A stretch of DNA of 63,932 nt, counting the filler, from Octopus bimaculoides (taxonomy: Eukaryota), in NCBI RefSeq assembly GCF_001194135.2. It is 5 parts of 5 records of this genome, joined end to end, with 100 filler letters (N's around TTAATTAATTAA, not from the genome) between each part and the next. Parts side by side here need not be neighbours in the genome. Positions count along the whole stretch, not along the records: positions 1 to 29,105 come from NC_068986.1; 4 more parts are not named here. One strand, written 5' to 3'. The first letter of the stretch is position 1; the number at the start of each line of letters is the position of its first letter. Below, piece by piece: positions 12,046-24,060 of this stretch. The position numbers and the translations under genes are program-made. The notes below the pieces were generated by a model. It did no database searches. It saw only the letters and a program-made list of their open reading frames with translations, and was not told the DNA's origin.

Positions 12046-12577
12046 AATCAAAATAAGCAACAGGATATCCAGAGGTAATGCAGTACACTCGTTTCAAGCG
12101 ACTCCATTTAGTTGAACAATGCAACCATTACATCAGTTTAAATGCAGAGCAATCCTCAGCTGCACAAAGACATAGAGTGAAATTAAATTAAAACAGATGG
12201 ACACATCAGTATAACTTTACCTAAAACCTCCAAAAAGGTAAGGAGATAGACAGAGAACATGCTGTCTTCACTTCAGCTTAGAAGCTACTAAGGTATCAGG
12301 GAGAAAGACTTGTTGAAGATCTAGCTTGTCACTGTTTTTTGGGGTCAGTTTTAATTTATAGTCTAGTTTATCAAATCTTTGTATATCGAAATCTAAGGCC
12401 AAGTAAAATTATACTAATGTGTCCGTCTGTTTTAATTTAATTTCAGTCTATGTATTTATGCAGCTGAGGATTGCTCTGCATTTAAATTGATCTAATGGTT
12501 GCATTGTTCAATTAAATAGAGTCGTTTGAAACGATTATACTGCATTACCTCTGGATATCCTGTTGCTTATTTTGATT
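12046..12577. mobile_element. Foldback-type MITE with about 175-bp imperfect TIRs
   Basis: aatcaaaataagcaacaggatatccagaggtaatgcagta...aaattaaattaaaacagatggacacat (12046-12220) is the reverse complement of 12405-12577. Confidence 0.88.
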
Positions 12578-12596
12578 ATATATACATATATATTAT

Positions 12597-13090
12597 CATC
12601 ATCATCATTTAACGTCTGCTTTCCATGCTAGCATGGGTTGGATGATTTGACTGGGGACCGGTGAGCCAGATGGCTGCACCAGGCTCCAATCTGATCTTGC
12701 AGAGTTTCTACAGCTGGATGCCTTTCCTAACGCCAACCACTCCGGGAGTGTAGTGGGTGCTTTTATGTGCCACCAGCACAAGGGCCAGTCAAGCAGTACT
12801 GGCAACGGCCACGCTCAAATAGTGTTTTTTACATGCCACCTGCACAGAAGCCAGTCCAGTGGCACTGGCAACGACCTAACTCAAATATTTATTCACATGC
12901 CACCGGCACAAGTGCCAGTAAGGCAACGCTGGTAACGATCACACTTAAATGCTGCCTTTTACATGCCACCGGCATGGAAGCCAGACAGCTGCTCTGGCAA
13001 TGACCACGCTCGGATGGTGCTGTTAGCGCTCCACTAGCACAGGTGCCAGTCATTGAATTTGGTTCAGTTTTGATTTCACTTGCCTCAACA
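12597..13090 (-). mobile_element. RTE-tailed SINE-like element with 4-5 internal hairpin units
   Basis: Begins on the plus strand with (atc)n ttaacgtctgctttccatgctagcatggg. Reverse-complement units lie at about 12767, 12833, 12897, 12963 and 13030. Confidence 0.85.
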
Positions 13091-14595
13091 GGTCATATAT
13101 ATATATTACCAGATTTAGGTGAGCCAAGTGACTTGCCTAAAGCAATATAAATAATTGCTGGCAGAAGATAAGAAATGAGAAATTATGAACTGGTTTTCTA
13201 ATATGGCATGTCATGATCAAGCTGGCTTGACCACTTGGCTTGTCAGGTAGTTTTGTCAAAGAGAACACCCAAAGGCAGTCACAGTGCAATATCTTTGCTA
13301 AATTCTGAAAGGAAAGCTGATCAATTGATCAAGTGAGAATATAAATTGAGTGAACAAATAAGTCAATTGATTGTTGGTCTACATAAGTAACCAAGGGAAA
13401 AATTGGATTACATACTTAAGCCATGAGAGATTATCCATATAGTAGTTACAGCTAATCCACTTGATGCTGCATCATTGAATCTACGAAAAATATGAAGAAA
13501 GATAATTAGATAGCTATATAGGTAGAAGACAGATAGATAGAAAGAGAGAGAAAGAGAGAGAGAGATCAATAGTTAGATAGAGAGTAGACAAATAAATAGA
13601 TAGATCAATAGGCAGATAGATAAAGGTATAATTAAATTAATAATTAAGATATACACATACATAGATGGAATGATCGAATGATTATAATTAGAACATCTTT
13701 GGTCGCAGAATCTATTTGACCAGTGCCTACACAACAATAACCAAGACAATCTCAATCCACTCACTTGGTCAGCTAGAAATAACAACCAAATCTGTTGTTT
13801 GCAATCTAGTTTTTGAAGCAGAGAAAGAATTGTTGGATTTAATGGTAGTGGATGTAAAAAAAAATGAAAGGGTAGTCATGGCTTAAACTGGTCATTCGTA
13901 TAAGACAATCATGGCTTAAACAACAACTGGTCACTCATCTGGTTGAACAGGATTGACCTCAGTTTAGCAATGATAACAACTACTTTTTTTTTATTAGAAA
14001 GGTCACATTAGATAATGACATACAAGTCAAAGAGAAACTCGACCAGAAAATAAACTAATAAAGTAGAATTCACTTTTAGCTCACACCCACTCTACACTGT
14101 TTGGCATATATAAATGTAATGGGGTGAGTGACTATGTGGGTGTATGCAGACTGTGTGTGTATGTGCATGAGTGTGAGTGTGTGTATGTACACATGTATGT
14201 ATATGCACACTGTGTGTGTGTGTGTGCACATGTGTGTAAATATGGTAAAATGGATGTAAAATATTTATATAGAGGCAACAAAGTCCCCTAAACTAGAAGG
14301 CCTTAATTTTATGTTTGTTTCTCCATACGTACATCACATGATTGACCAGACTACTGAATGTGTTGTTATATATGACTGATCACTGCACTAAGTCAACCTT
14401 GGCCGAATTTGAATTCAAACCATGAAGATGGAAGAAATACTGCTAAGCAGTTTGCTAGGCATACTCACCATTCTGCCAGTTTGCCGCTTTCCATTGGATG
14501 TGCAATATGAATGGAACACAAATGAACTGCAAAAAAAGCTGTGGTTAAGACCTTTTATACATATGTGTGTATTTTATCATCAGAAAGTTATGAAA

Positions 14596-15000
14596 GGTGC
14601 AGGAGTGGCTGTGTGGTAAGTAGCTTGCTTACCAACCACATGGTTCCGGGTGCAGTCCCACTGCGTGGCACCTTGGGCAAGTGTCTTCTACTATAGCCTC
14701 AGGCCGACCAAAGCCTTGTGAGTGGATTTGGTAGATGGAAACTGAAAGAAGCCCCGTCGTATATATGTATATGTTTGTGTGTATGTGTGTGTGTGTCTAT
14801 GGTAGTTCCCCCAGCATCGCTTGACAACTGATGCTGGTGTGTTTACGTCCCTGTAACTTAGCGGTTCAGCAAAAGAGACTGATAGAATAAGTACCAGGCT
14901 TACGAAGAATAAGTTCTGGGGTCGATTTGCTCGACTAAAAGTGGTGCCTCAGCATGGCCGCAGTCAAATGGCTGAAACAAGTAAAAGAGTAAAAGAGTAA
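14596..15000 (+). mobile_element. Full-length SINE family A
   Basis: Runs from ggtgcaggagtggctgtgtggtaag to gaaacaagtaaaagagtaaaagagt. Confidence 0.92.
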
Positions 15001-15274
15001 AGTGACTGAAGGGCTGAGAATTTTGTGTTTTATACAGTGTCCTGTATGAAACTCTCAGCCCTTGAAGCACTTCCGGAATTTTCTGTTGATAACAACATAT
15101 ATAAGGTCATGTAATGGATTCTACCTCTCCAATTTTTTTCTATTAAATGTGTGTGTGTGTGTGTGTGTGGACACACAAGTTTGTCATTAATTATCTGCAA
15201 TGCACAATTTTCTCCACTGAACCTGATCTCTTTGTGACAACGCAGCACATATTTGGACTTGAAGTGATAATTAG

Positions 15275-15679
15275 GCTTTTGTTATTACACTAACAATTCC
15301 TGCTTCACTTTCTGTTTGCATCAAAGAAGAGGAACATTCAGTAATCCATTCTCTGAGCGCTAAACATGGTTCACTGTCTGTAAATAATCAAAGACATTCA
15401 ATTCAGAACAAAAACAATACTTCACTGCTACAGATTGTCAACAAACAGATTGAAAAATGTGAACATGTTTGCACAAGTGTCATCAGTCCAGAAAGGAACA
15501 GAACCCCAGCCACATTGGGAGCAGATGATGATATCAAAAGAGTCCTTGTATTGTTACTGTTGAAAAGAAGGGAAGTGATTGATGGAGTGGCAAATAATAT
15601 GCAAATTAGTCAAGGTTTTTGTCAACAAAACTGTACTGAAGCCAGGCAGAGTAACAATCAGTTTTTACAGCCACACTGA
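15275..15679 (+). pseudogene. Highly diverged mariner transposase N-terminal (HTH) fragment, single open frame of 134 codons
   Basis: Manual translation gives PASLSVCIKEEEHSVIHSL...VNKQIEKCEHVCTSVI...DDDIKRV...VIDGVANNMQISQG. This parallels the mariner pattern LSVCTKEEQRSVIRFL...VYEWIEKFKNGRTSV...DDNIERV...TIDEVANRLQISHG. Confidence 0.6.
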
Positions 15680-16502
15680 ATTCAAGAAGATACTTTTCAG
15701 TTGAATGAGACATCAATCTGCCATATCTCTATTCCATCAAGTTATTGACCAAGTATGTTGATTCTGATTTTCTTTAAATAAATCCTATTGACATTACACA
15801 TGTGACTCAAAAGAAGTTGTAATATGACACAGACATAGGAATTGTGTCACTGACTTCCTAAACACCTTCCCAACAGCACTACTTTTACAACACAGCTGCA
15901 GTTGAAAATCGCTACTTTTCTCTGTGTTAATTATTGTCTCATTCCAACCTGGACTTTATAAACATTTCAATGTAAACATGTGCTGTTTAAACATACAAAG
16001 GCAACATACCACAGGAGGCTAACAGATGTCTACATTCTGTGTGTAGGAAATAAAAAAAGAACCACACACACGCATCTGATCCACTGCCCCATATCCCTCT
16101 CACCTCTTCCTTTGTGCCCCTACTACCCCTCACTCTCTTGTATCTTGAGTGTATGTCCTGACATATCACCACTATCATCATCTCTCCTTTACCAAGTGGG
16201 GCAGCCTGGGATCTCTTCTACAAGATACCTGTTCCTAGTCCTCTGTCATACATTTGCCTCTAAGTACCTAGCATAAAGCCACCTCCCTCAACACAGCACC
16301 TTCACTCTGTCTAGGGGCCATGTCTTGCCTGTTACTTGGACACCTTACTTGTAGCAGTGACACAAGAAAGTACCCAGTACATTCTATAAAGTACTTGACA
16401 TTAGGGAAAGCACCCAGATGTAGTAACCAGGCCAAAGCAGAGAGACCTTCACACAGTCCTGACTTGCTGGGTCCTGTCAAACCACCCAACCATTCCAGGC
16501 AA

Positions 16503-16678
16503 AGGAGTGGCTGTATGGTAAGTAGCTTGCTTAGCAACCACATGGTTCCGGGTTCAGTCCCACTGCATGGCACCTTGGGCAAGTGTCTTCTGCTATAGCC
16601 TCAGGTCGACCAAAGCCTTGTGAGTGGATTTGGTAGACGGAAACTGAAAGAAGCCTGTCATATATATGTATATGTATG

Positions 16679-16741
<63 letters not shown>

Positions 16742-16978
16742 NNNNNNNNNNNNNNNNNNNNNNNNNNNNNNNTGTATTTGTGTTTGTCCCCCCAACATCG
16801 CTTGACAACCAATGGTGATGTGTTTACGTCCCCATAACTTAGCGGTTCAGCAAAAGAGACCGATAGAATAAGTACTAGGCTTACAAAGAATAAATCCTGG
16901 GGTCGATTTGCTCGACTAAAGGCGGTGCTCCAGCATGGCCACAGTCAAATGACTGAAATAAGTAAGAGTAAAAGAGTA
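16503..16978 (+). mobile_element. Full-length SINE family A (internal TG tract contains a gap)
   Basis: Matches 14596-15000 end to end. Confidence 0.92.
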
Positions 16979-17254
16979 ATATATAATATATATACACACA
17001 CACACATTAATATAAGTACATATAGTAAGTGTATATATATGTATACGCATGTGTGTGTGTGTACACATTAAGTATATATATATATATACATATACATACA
17101 CACATATACAAATATATACTTAATGCATATACATATACTACTATATATATAAATATATACTTTTATGTGTGTATATATATTATTATACACACACACATAC
17201 ACATTAGTATAAGTACATATACTTAGTGTATATGTGTGTGTGTGTATATATTAA

Positions 17255-17285
<31 letters not shown>

Positions 17286-17578
17286 CTCTTTTACTCTTTT
17301 AGTTGTTTCAGTCATTCGACTGTGGCCATGCTGGAGCACCACCTTATATATTATATATATACACATAAATACAAATATATACTTAATGGATATACATATA
17401 TATTACTATATATATATAAATATATACTTTATGAGTGTATTTATATTACTATACACACACGCACACACACACACACACACACATATATACATACACATAT
17501 ATAGTAATATATGTACATAATAAATGTGTTTGTGTGTGTGTACCTGCATGTATGTATACAAAAGGACAGAGGTAAACA

Positions 17579-17615
<37 letters not shown>

Positions 17616-18204
17616 GTACCTGTGTAAGCGGAAAACAAAAGCCAATTGTCAATTGTTTGCACTTCAGTGAATTCCCGTGAGAAAACTTGACTCTGCACAA
17701 ACCCATTGCCAATGCACGTTTTTCAGATAGAAGTACTGTTTCTAAGGATTGTTGAGAAAAAAAGAGAGAGAGCGAGAGAGAGAGAGTGAGTTGGAGTAAG
17801 CTACAACTATATAAAGAGGAAGAATGAGAGATCTGTTGCGTTATTACTCATCAGGTAAACAAAACAGAGAGGGTCGGGGGGGTGATCGTTCCCAAAATGA
17901 TTGACCAGTCACAGTTGTTTTAGTTAACTCTCATCAAAAGAACTTCTGAACAAAGGTGTTTCGGTCATGACCATCCACTTATTGTATATATCAAGGAATA
18001 TATATATATATATATATATATATACATGTGTGTGTGTGTGTGTGTATTTTGTATTTGAAAAAAATCATCTTTGTGTAATAATTCTCCACATTGATTATTA
18101 TTATTATTATTATTATTACGTTTTTATTATTCATGGTTTAAGAAATATATTGAAGCTTCTTTTGTTAAAACAACAATAATGCAGATCTTGTAAACCATAA
18201 CCAC

Positions 18205-18525
18205 TTTATTATTATTACAATTATTATTATTATTATTGCTATTGAGTGAGAGAGCAGTGAATGCCATCAAAGTGACACTGGGGTACAAATATATGAAGCC
18301 CAGTACACCCATCATGACTACCCGTCTGATAAGGGTACACCAGGCACATGCATGACAACTATATGTGCACAACATGGTGACCTTATACCAAGATAAACTG
18401 CACATGACCTTGCAGGTGGGGCCCAGTTAGAATTTTCTTCAGGTCGAGTAGCCCATCCCACTCAAAAGGTCCCTGAATAAGGGTTGTTTGAGGATGTTGA
18501 ATGAAACACCCATGTTTCCAAAGGT
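18205..18525 (-). mobile_element. (AAT)n-tailed interspersed repeat, 3' part
   Basis: Overlaps in reverse complement with 30440-30610 (cctgcaagg-catg, tattcaggg, gttcaacatcct). Ends in (TTA)n on the plus strand. Confidence 0.7.
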
Positions 18526-18527
18526 GT

Positions 18528-18685
18528 GGCTGGAGTTAGGAAGGGCATCCAGCTGTAGAAACCATGCCAGATCAGATTGGAGCCTGGTGTAGCCTACTGG
18601 CTTGCCAGTCCCCAGTCAAATCGTCCAACCCATGCCAGCATAGAAAGCAGACGTTAAGCGATGATGATAATGATGATGATGATAT
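18528..18685 (+). mobile_element. RTE-type 3' tail fragment
   Basis: ggagttaggaagggcatccagctgtagaaacc...gacgttaagcgatgatgat. Confidence 0.8.
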
Positions 18686-18687
18686 AT

Positions 18688-19060
18688 GCATGGCTGTATG
18701 GTAAGAAGCTTGCTTCCTAACTTCATAGTCCCAGGTTCAGATCCACTGTGTGACGCCTTGGGCAAGTGTCTTCTGCTATAGCCTCAGGTCAACCAAAGCT
18801 TTGTGAGTGGATTTGGTAGAGGGAAACTGAAAGAAGCTTGTCATGTGCAGGTCTTTGTGATTGTATTTCTTTGTTTCATGCCACCACTTGACAACTGGTG
18901 TTGGTGTGTTTATGTCCCTGTAACTTAGCAGTTCAGCAAAAGAGACCAACAGAATAAGAACCAGGCACAAAAACAGAAACAAAAAACAATACTGGGGTTG
19001 ATTCATTTGACTAAAAATTCTTCAAGTCACTGCTCCAGCATGGCTGCAGTGAAATGACTG
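18688..19060 (+). mobile_element. Diverged SINE family A
   Basis: tggctgtatggtaagaagcttgc...ccttgggcaagtgtcttc...gctccagcatggctgcag. Confidence 0.85.
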
Positions 19061-19416
19061 CACCAAGATGCACACAGATGTGCAAGTGTGTGTGCATCTA
19101 TTTACCACAACTGGGGGAAGTGTCTATGACATGAGAGAGGGTGAGGGTATTGGTGGTGCTTTTACATAGAAATGTATTCTATTTTGGTTCATCCAGCTCT
19201 CAATTCAATATAAGTTCATAAACACCATGACAGAATTTCAGAGTTTGAGAGAGAGAGAGGGGGGAGGAGGAGGAGGAGAGCATATGAAGTAGAGGGAAAG
19301 TAGTCAGCCTCACAAAATGTCATAGAATGATGTGAATGTGAATGCAATGACGTCACTGTCCCAACAAGCAAACATGTGGAACATTCTACATACAGACTAA
19401 ATTACCTTTAAGCAGG

Positions 19417-19449
<33 letters not shown>

Positions 19450-19660
19450 CATGCATGGAGTCACAGAGTAAATATAAAGTAATGGCACTTAAGTAGATTT
19501 ATAGCATTTGGTGTTCCTGAATAACAGAGATGTCTAAACATTGAATTATGGCATAACTGGCTGAGTATTCCAGGCAGTTCTGCTCTTCGTGGAATCTTTT
19601 GGTAGAATTAGTAAAACAGTACAATACAAAACTAACCCTTTGAACGAAAGGTACACCATC

Positions 19661-19696
<36 letters not shown>

Positions 19697-20594
19697 AAGT
19701 GTAGTATATTGCCACTTAAGTGTGGCTGACCCCTAGGGGTGGATGTTACTGTTGCTTTTAGCCCCAGGAGGACATCTCCTCCAGCTGGCTTATCNNNNNN
19801 NNNNNNNNNNNNNNNNNNNNNNNNNNNNNNNNNNNNNNNNGACACACAACTGTGTCCTGTTTGCCAAGGGAAGTTATCCCTCTCACCTCGATCTGCAGCA
19901 CGAACGTATCCGGATTTCAGGGTTATTTCCCTTCGTCGGCGTCCGATAGCTGCTGACCTTGGTGAGAGAGACAAAAACCTGGCAATCTTATATCTTCTTT
20001 TCCAGTGAAATTCTTCACTGATATCGAAAAGGTGAAAACAAGCAATGTTAATATATGCGTATAAGAAGGGACGACCACTAGGTGGACATCCAATATGCTA
20101 GAAGGAGGATATCAATGACCCAACCACAAAAGAAAAATCATGTTCTCCAAAAAAATTTTTTCTGGAGAACATGATTTTTCTTTTTTTGACATAATTTAGT
20201 TATGAAGAATATAAAAACACAAAGCCAAATTAATTTCTGTCTTTTTGGTTGCTGCTTCTGATGAGAGAGAACATCTATCTTTCTCCTTCTTTCTGTCCAG
20301 TGTCAATGGAGAAGCAAGTAAATTCTAGATTTGCCTTCAAATCCTAGTTTAGGTATTTGGTAGCTATATGCTACATATGTATACAGTGCAGGTCCATCAA
20401 AACAAATCCTGATTTAAAACAAAACCAGATACAATTCTTAGACAATTTTTTCATTTCACTTTTTTCTAGATGTTCTTGAAACAAATTCAATTTAGCACAA
20501 CCTTGCTTTATTCATGATCAATGACATTTCATAGGTCATACTGTAACAGAGCTGCATTTGTAATACATCTTTCAATTGATCTACAGACAGGCAG

Positions 20595-20960
20595 ACAGAC
20601 ATCATCACCCTCATTTAACATCCATGTTCCATGCTAGTATAAGCTGGACAGGTCAACAGGAATCGACAAGCCAGAGGACTGTGACCAGGCTTAACATCTA
20701 CTTAGGCGTGGTTTCTGCAGCTGGATGTCCTTCCTAATGCCAATCACTTACAAGAGTGAAGAGGGGGCTATTTTCATGGCTACAGTACTAGTGAGGGCAC
20801 CAACGAGCATGTAAAAACAAGCACCTCAACTGAGAGGGAAGGACCATATTGAGGAGGAGGTGGCTTCATGCAGGGTGCTGAGGGCTTAAAGCATGATAGT
20901 GGAACAGGAACGGGTGTCTTACTGAAGAAGGGATAAATGGCTTTACCCAACTGGAAAGGG
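20595..20960 (-). mobile_element. Diverged RTE-tailed SINE-like repeat
   Basis: catcatcaccctcatttaacatccatgttccatgctag...cagctggatgtccttcctaatgccaatcac is the reverse complement of the RTE tail. Confidence 0.65.
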
Positions 20961-22207
20961 AAGATTTGATGGTGAGGGCAAGGTATAAGGTGAATATAAG
21001 AGAGAGAAAATAAATGTATATATATATATATATATATATATAAAGGATGAGACAAGAACGCAAAACATCCAGACAGTTAGATGATACAAAAAAGGGGACA
21101 ACACACCATCCAGACAGATGATACAAAAAAGGGACAAGAAAAACCAAGGATGGGTCATTCAGAGTTTTCTTTCCTCAGTCGAGTTCCAGATTATCTTTGC
21201 AATTTCGGCTAGTTACACTCGAGATTGCTCCAATCTGGCCAGCCCCAAGGAAAAACTAAGCTAAAAGGAATACACACACACTACCTGCTCATTGTATTAC
21301 TGAGTAAGTGTCTTAGTATTTTCTGTAGACACTGAACACTTAACAGAATCACCAAAATTATTAATAATGAGTCACAAGATTAATTATTTGAATTAAATGT
21401 CTACCTGACAGGCTTCAGCACAGGTTTTGTCCATTGGATTTCATTACTGGGCTTGGGTTAAGGTTATAATCAATGGTATGGTAACGTCAGAAATAAGTTT
21501 TCTTGTCATCTTTGCTGAACTGAACAACTTTTAACATTATCACAAGACAAGAACAATCTGAATTCAAGAAATGATAATTCTTTGCAACTGTCGACATAAA
21601 CCAAAATATTTGCTAAATAATTTTCAAAAGAAAGATCTGCTATTAAAATTTCCAATGAGAAGCTTCTAGCACTCTCACAGATTCTGCTATCGTCTTTTTT
21701 CATTTCGTTCTTGATTTTCACATTCTTTCTGTTCAGCTATCTCTATTTATTTTCTTGTTGCATTGTAGAATGCTCGTCAGATTTAATTCATGAATAACAA
21801 GGGAATTTTCTGAATATGTTTCGAAAGTAATTTCATTTCCTGTGCATCATTTTATTTGTTTTCTCACTGCTTTCTTACTCCATTGCTCACTTTCTTTCAT
21901 TTTCTAGTATTTCAGCTTGAATGACATTTTGTAAATGGTTTAAGCTTAGCTGCAATTAGCATAACCAAATTGTACCATTATTTTTATTTCATTTTTATTG
22001 TATTTATCATTTATTTGATTTTATCATTACACATGCATCCAACCATAAGCCTCCTTTTTGTTTCTGTAATCTATTCTTCTAAATGGTTTCCGATTTCATT
22101 CCTCAAACTTTCTTTAATGACTGGAGACATGAAAACAAGACACAAAATTTCAAATCTCAGTTTTAGTAAATATATTTTAACAATGTTAATAAATATATTT
22201 TAATATG

Positions 22208-22540
22208 ACAGCCGACGCCAGTACCGCCTGACTGCGTGGCTGATGCCAGTGCCGCCTGACTGGCACCCGTATCAGTGGCACGTAAAAAGCACTATTCGAA
22301 CATGGCTGATACCAGTGCTGCCTGGCTGGCTCCCATGTTGGTGGCATGTAAAAAGCACCAGTTACACTCTGAGAGTGGTTGGCATTAAGAAGGGCATCCA
22401 GCTGTAGAAACCTTGCCAAATCAGATTGGAGCTTGATGCAGCCTCCCGGCCTGCCAGTTCTCCCAGTCAAACCATCCAACCCATGCCAGCATGGAAAGCA
22501 AACATTAGACAACGACGACGACGATGATGATGATGATGAC
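22208..22540 (+). mobile_element. RTE-tailed SINE-like element with 2-3 internal hairpin units
   Basis: gccagtaccgcctgact, gtggcacgtaaaaagcac and gtggcatgtaaaaagcacc, followed by the tail ending (gac)n(gat)n. Confidence 0.85.
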
Positions 22541-22802
22541 CTTTCATTGAGTTTAAAGTACTCCCTGTCTACCTTTACACTGAAATGTTTAAATACACCC
22601 CACCCCCACCCCACACACATACCCATTGGGTGCAAGTATAGCAGTGTGCAAACAAATAGGCTTGACTGGATGGCTAAGAAGGTCATTTTATAAGCATGAG
22701 CGTTGGGGTCCAGTCCCACAATAGGGCACTAAGAGCAAGTGACCTCTTGCCTTACAAGTAAATTTAGTAGACAAAAACTATGTGAGACCACATCATTGTG
22801 TG

Positions 22803-22833
<31 letters not shown>

Positions 22834-23639
22834 ATGTGTGTGTGTATGTGTGTGTGTGTGTGTGCGTGTGAGGTGGTGTTGGTTCCTCACTGCATGATAA
22901 CAGGTGTTGGTTTATTAACATCTCTATAACTTAGAAGTTCAACAAAAGGAAACCTACAGAATAATTAGTAGACTTAGAAACTAATACCATTATCAATTTG
23001 ATCAGCTAAACCTTTTTAAATGGTGCTCCAGTATGGTCGATAAAAGAATAAAAGAACATATCATCATTATTGATTTAACATCCAATTTTCTATGCTAGCA
23101 TGGATCAGATGGAATTTGTTGCAGCGATTTACTACAGCCAGATGCCTTTCCTGTCACCAACTCTCACCTGTTTCCAAGCAAAGTAATATTTCCCCATGGC
23201 CAGACATGCTTTTCATGGAAGACAAAAAGCAAACAACACTCATTTACAATCATCAAGACAAAGTGAGACACATGCATGGTGGGCTTCTTTCAGTTTCCAT
23301 CTACCAGATCAATTCACAAGGTTTTGGTAGGCCTGAGGCTATAGTAGAAAGCACTTGCCCAAGGTGTCATACAATGGGATTGAACCCAAGACTACATGGA
23401 TAGGAAACAAGACTCTTAACCACTCAGCTGGGCACACACACACACACACACACACTTAATATGTGTTACCAAAGTTTCTGAGCAGCACATGTTGTGATTT
23501 TACTTTTCTATTGATATGTATGCACAGGTGGCCATCATTAGTTGCCAATCTGCTGAATAAGTCCACAAATAGGTTTCATACTTTCAATTCTAGTTGTTAT
23601 AAGACATGGTTTTGTCAGACTTGGCTCAGTGATTTTTAT

Positions 23640-24060
23640 GATAGTTCACAAATTCGAGCAACATGCCTGAAACAATTTCGCATGAAGCTTGGTAAATCAG
23701 CCACCGAGAACCCTTGATATTTTTTGTCAGGATTTGGGCAAAGATTCTTTCAATTGAATATAGATTTTTGAAAGCCAGATATGTTTAAAGGCTGGCTGAG
23801 TATCAGTTGAAGATGATGAGTGTTCAGGCCAACCAATCAGAAGCCGAGATACCAGCAAGAATCGTAGAAAACATTGAGGAATTCATCAATGAGAAAGTAC
23901 TATTAAACAATGCATCAGTTTCTCTCACATGACTGGAATTATTAATGGCATTTGGCATAAAAGCCCCATAGAAAACATGAACAGACATTGTCTGCTGAGT
24001 AGGGTCCCGAGAGGACAACTTCAAAAAAAGATTACACTCAACTATAAATAATAGATGAAA
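23640..24060 (+). pseudogene. Degraded mariner transposase N-terminal fragment
   Basis: QIRATCLKQFRMKLGKSATE and KAG*VSVEDDECSGQP match the mariner pattern EQRACIKFCVKLGKSATE...KAGRVSVEDDERSGRP. Stops and frameshifts are present. Confidence 0.75.

Noticed and set aside
17808-17860. TATA box (TATATAAAG) followed by CAG|GTAAAC
   Set aside because: A single short motif in TA-rich DNA with no supporting downstream exon.
20257-20290. CTGATGA hammerhead-core matches (also 3921, 6365, 41152)
   Set aside because: No properly spaced stem II plus GAAA and no closing stems.
20470-20535. Strong plus-strand acceptor and 65-nt block
   Set aside because: Stops in all three frames and a weak donor. It shows that such splice-like signals arise by chance here.
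19700-21270. Probable additional interspersed repeats at about 19700-20130 and 21045-21270
   Set aside because: They look like repeats, but there is no second copy in the window and no diagnostic motif, so I could not support a classification.
21506-21721. 71-aa minus-strand ORF (MKIKNEMKKDDSRIC...)
   Set aside because: No motif, no convincing splice sites, and a length within chance expectation.
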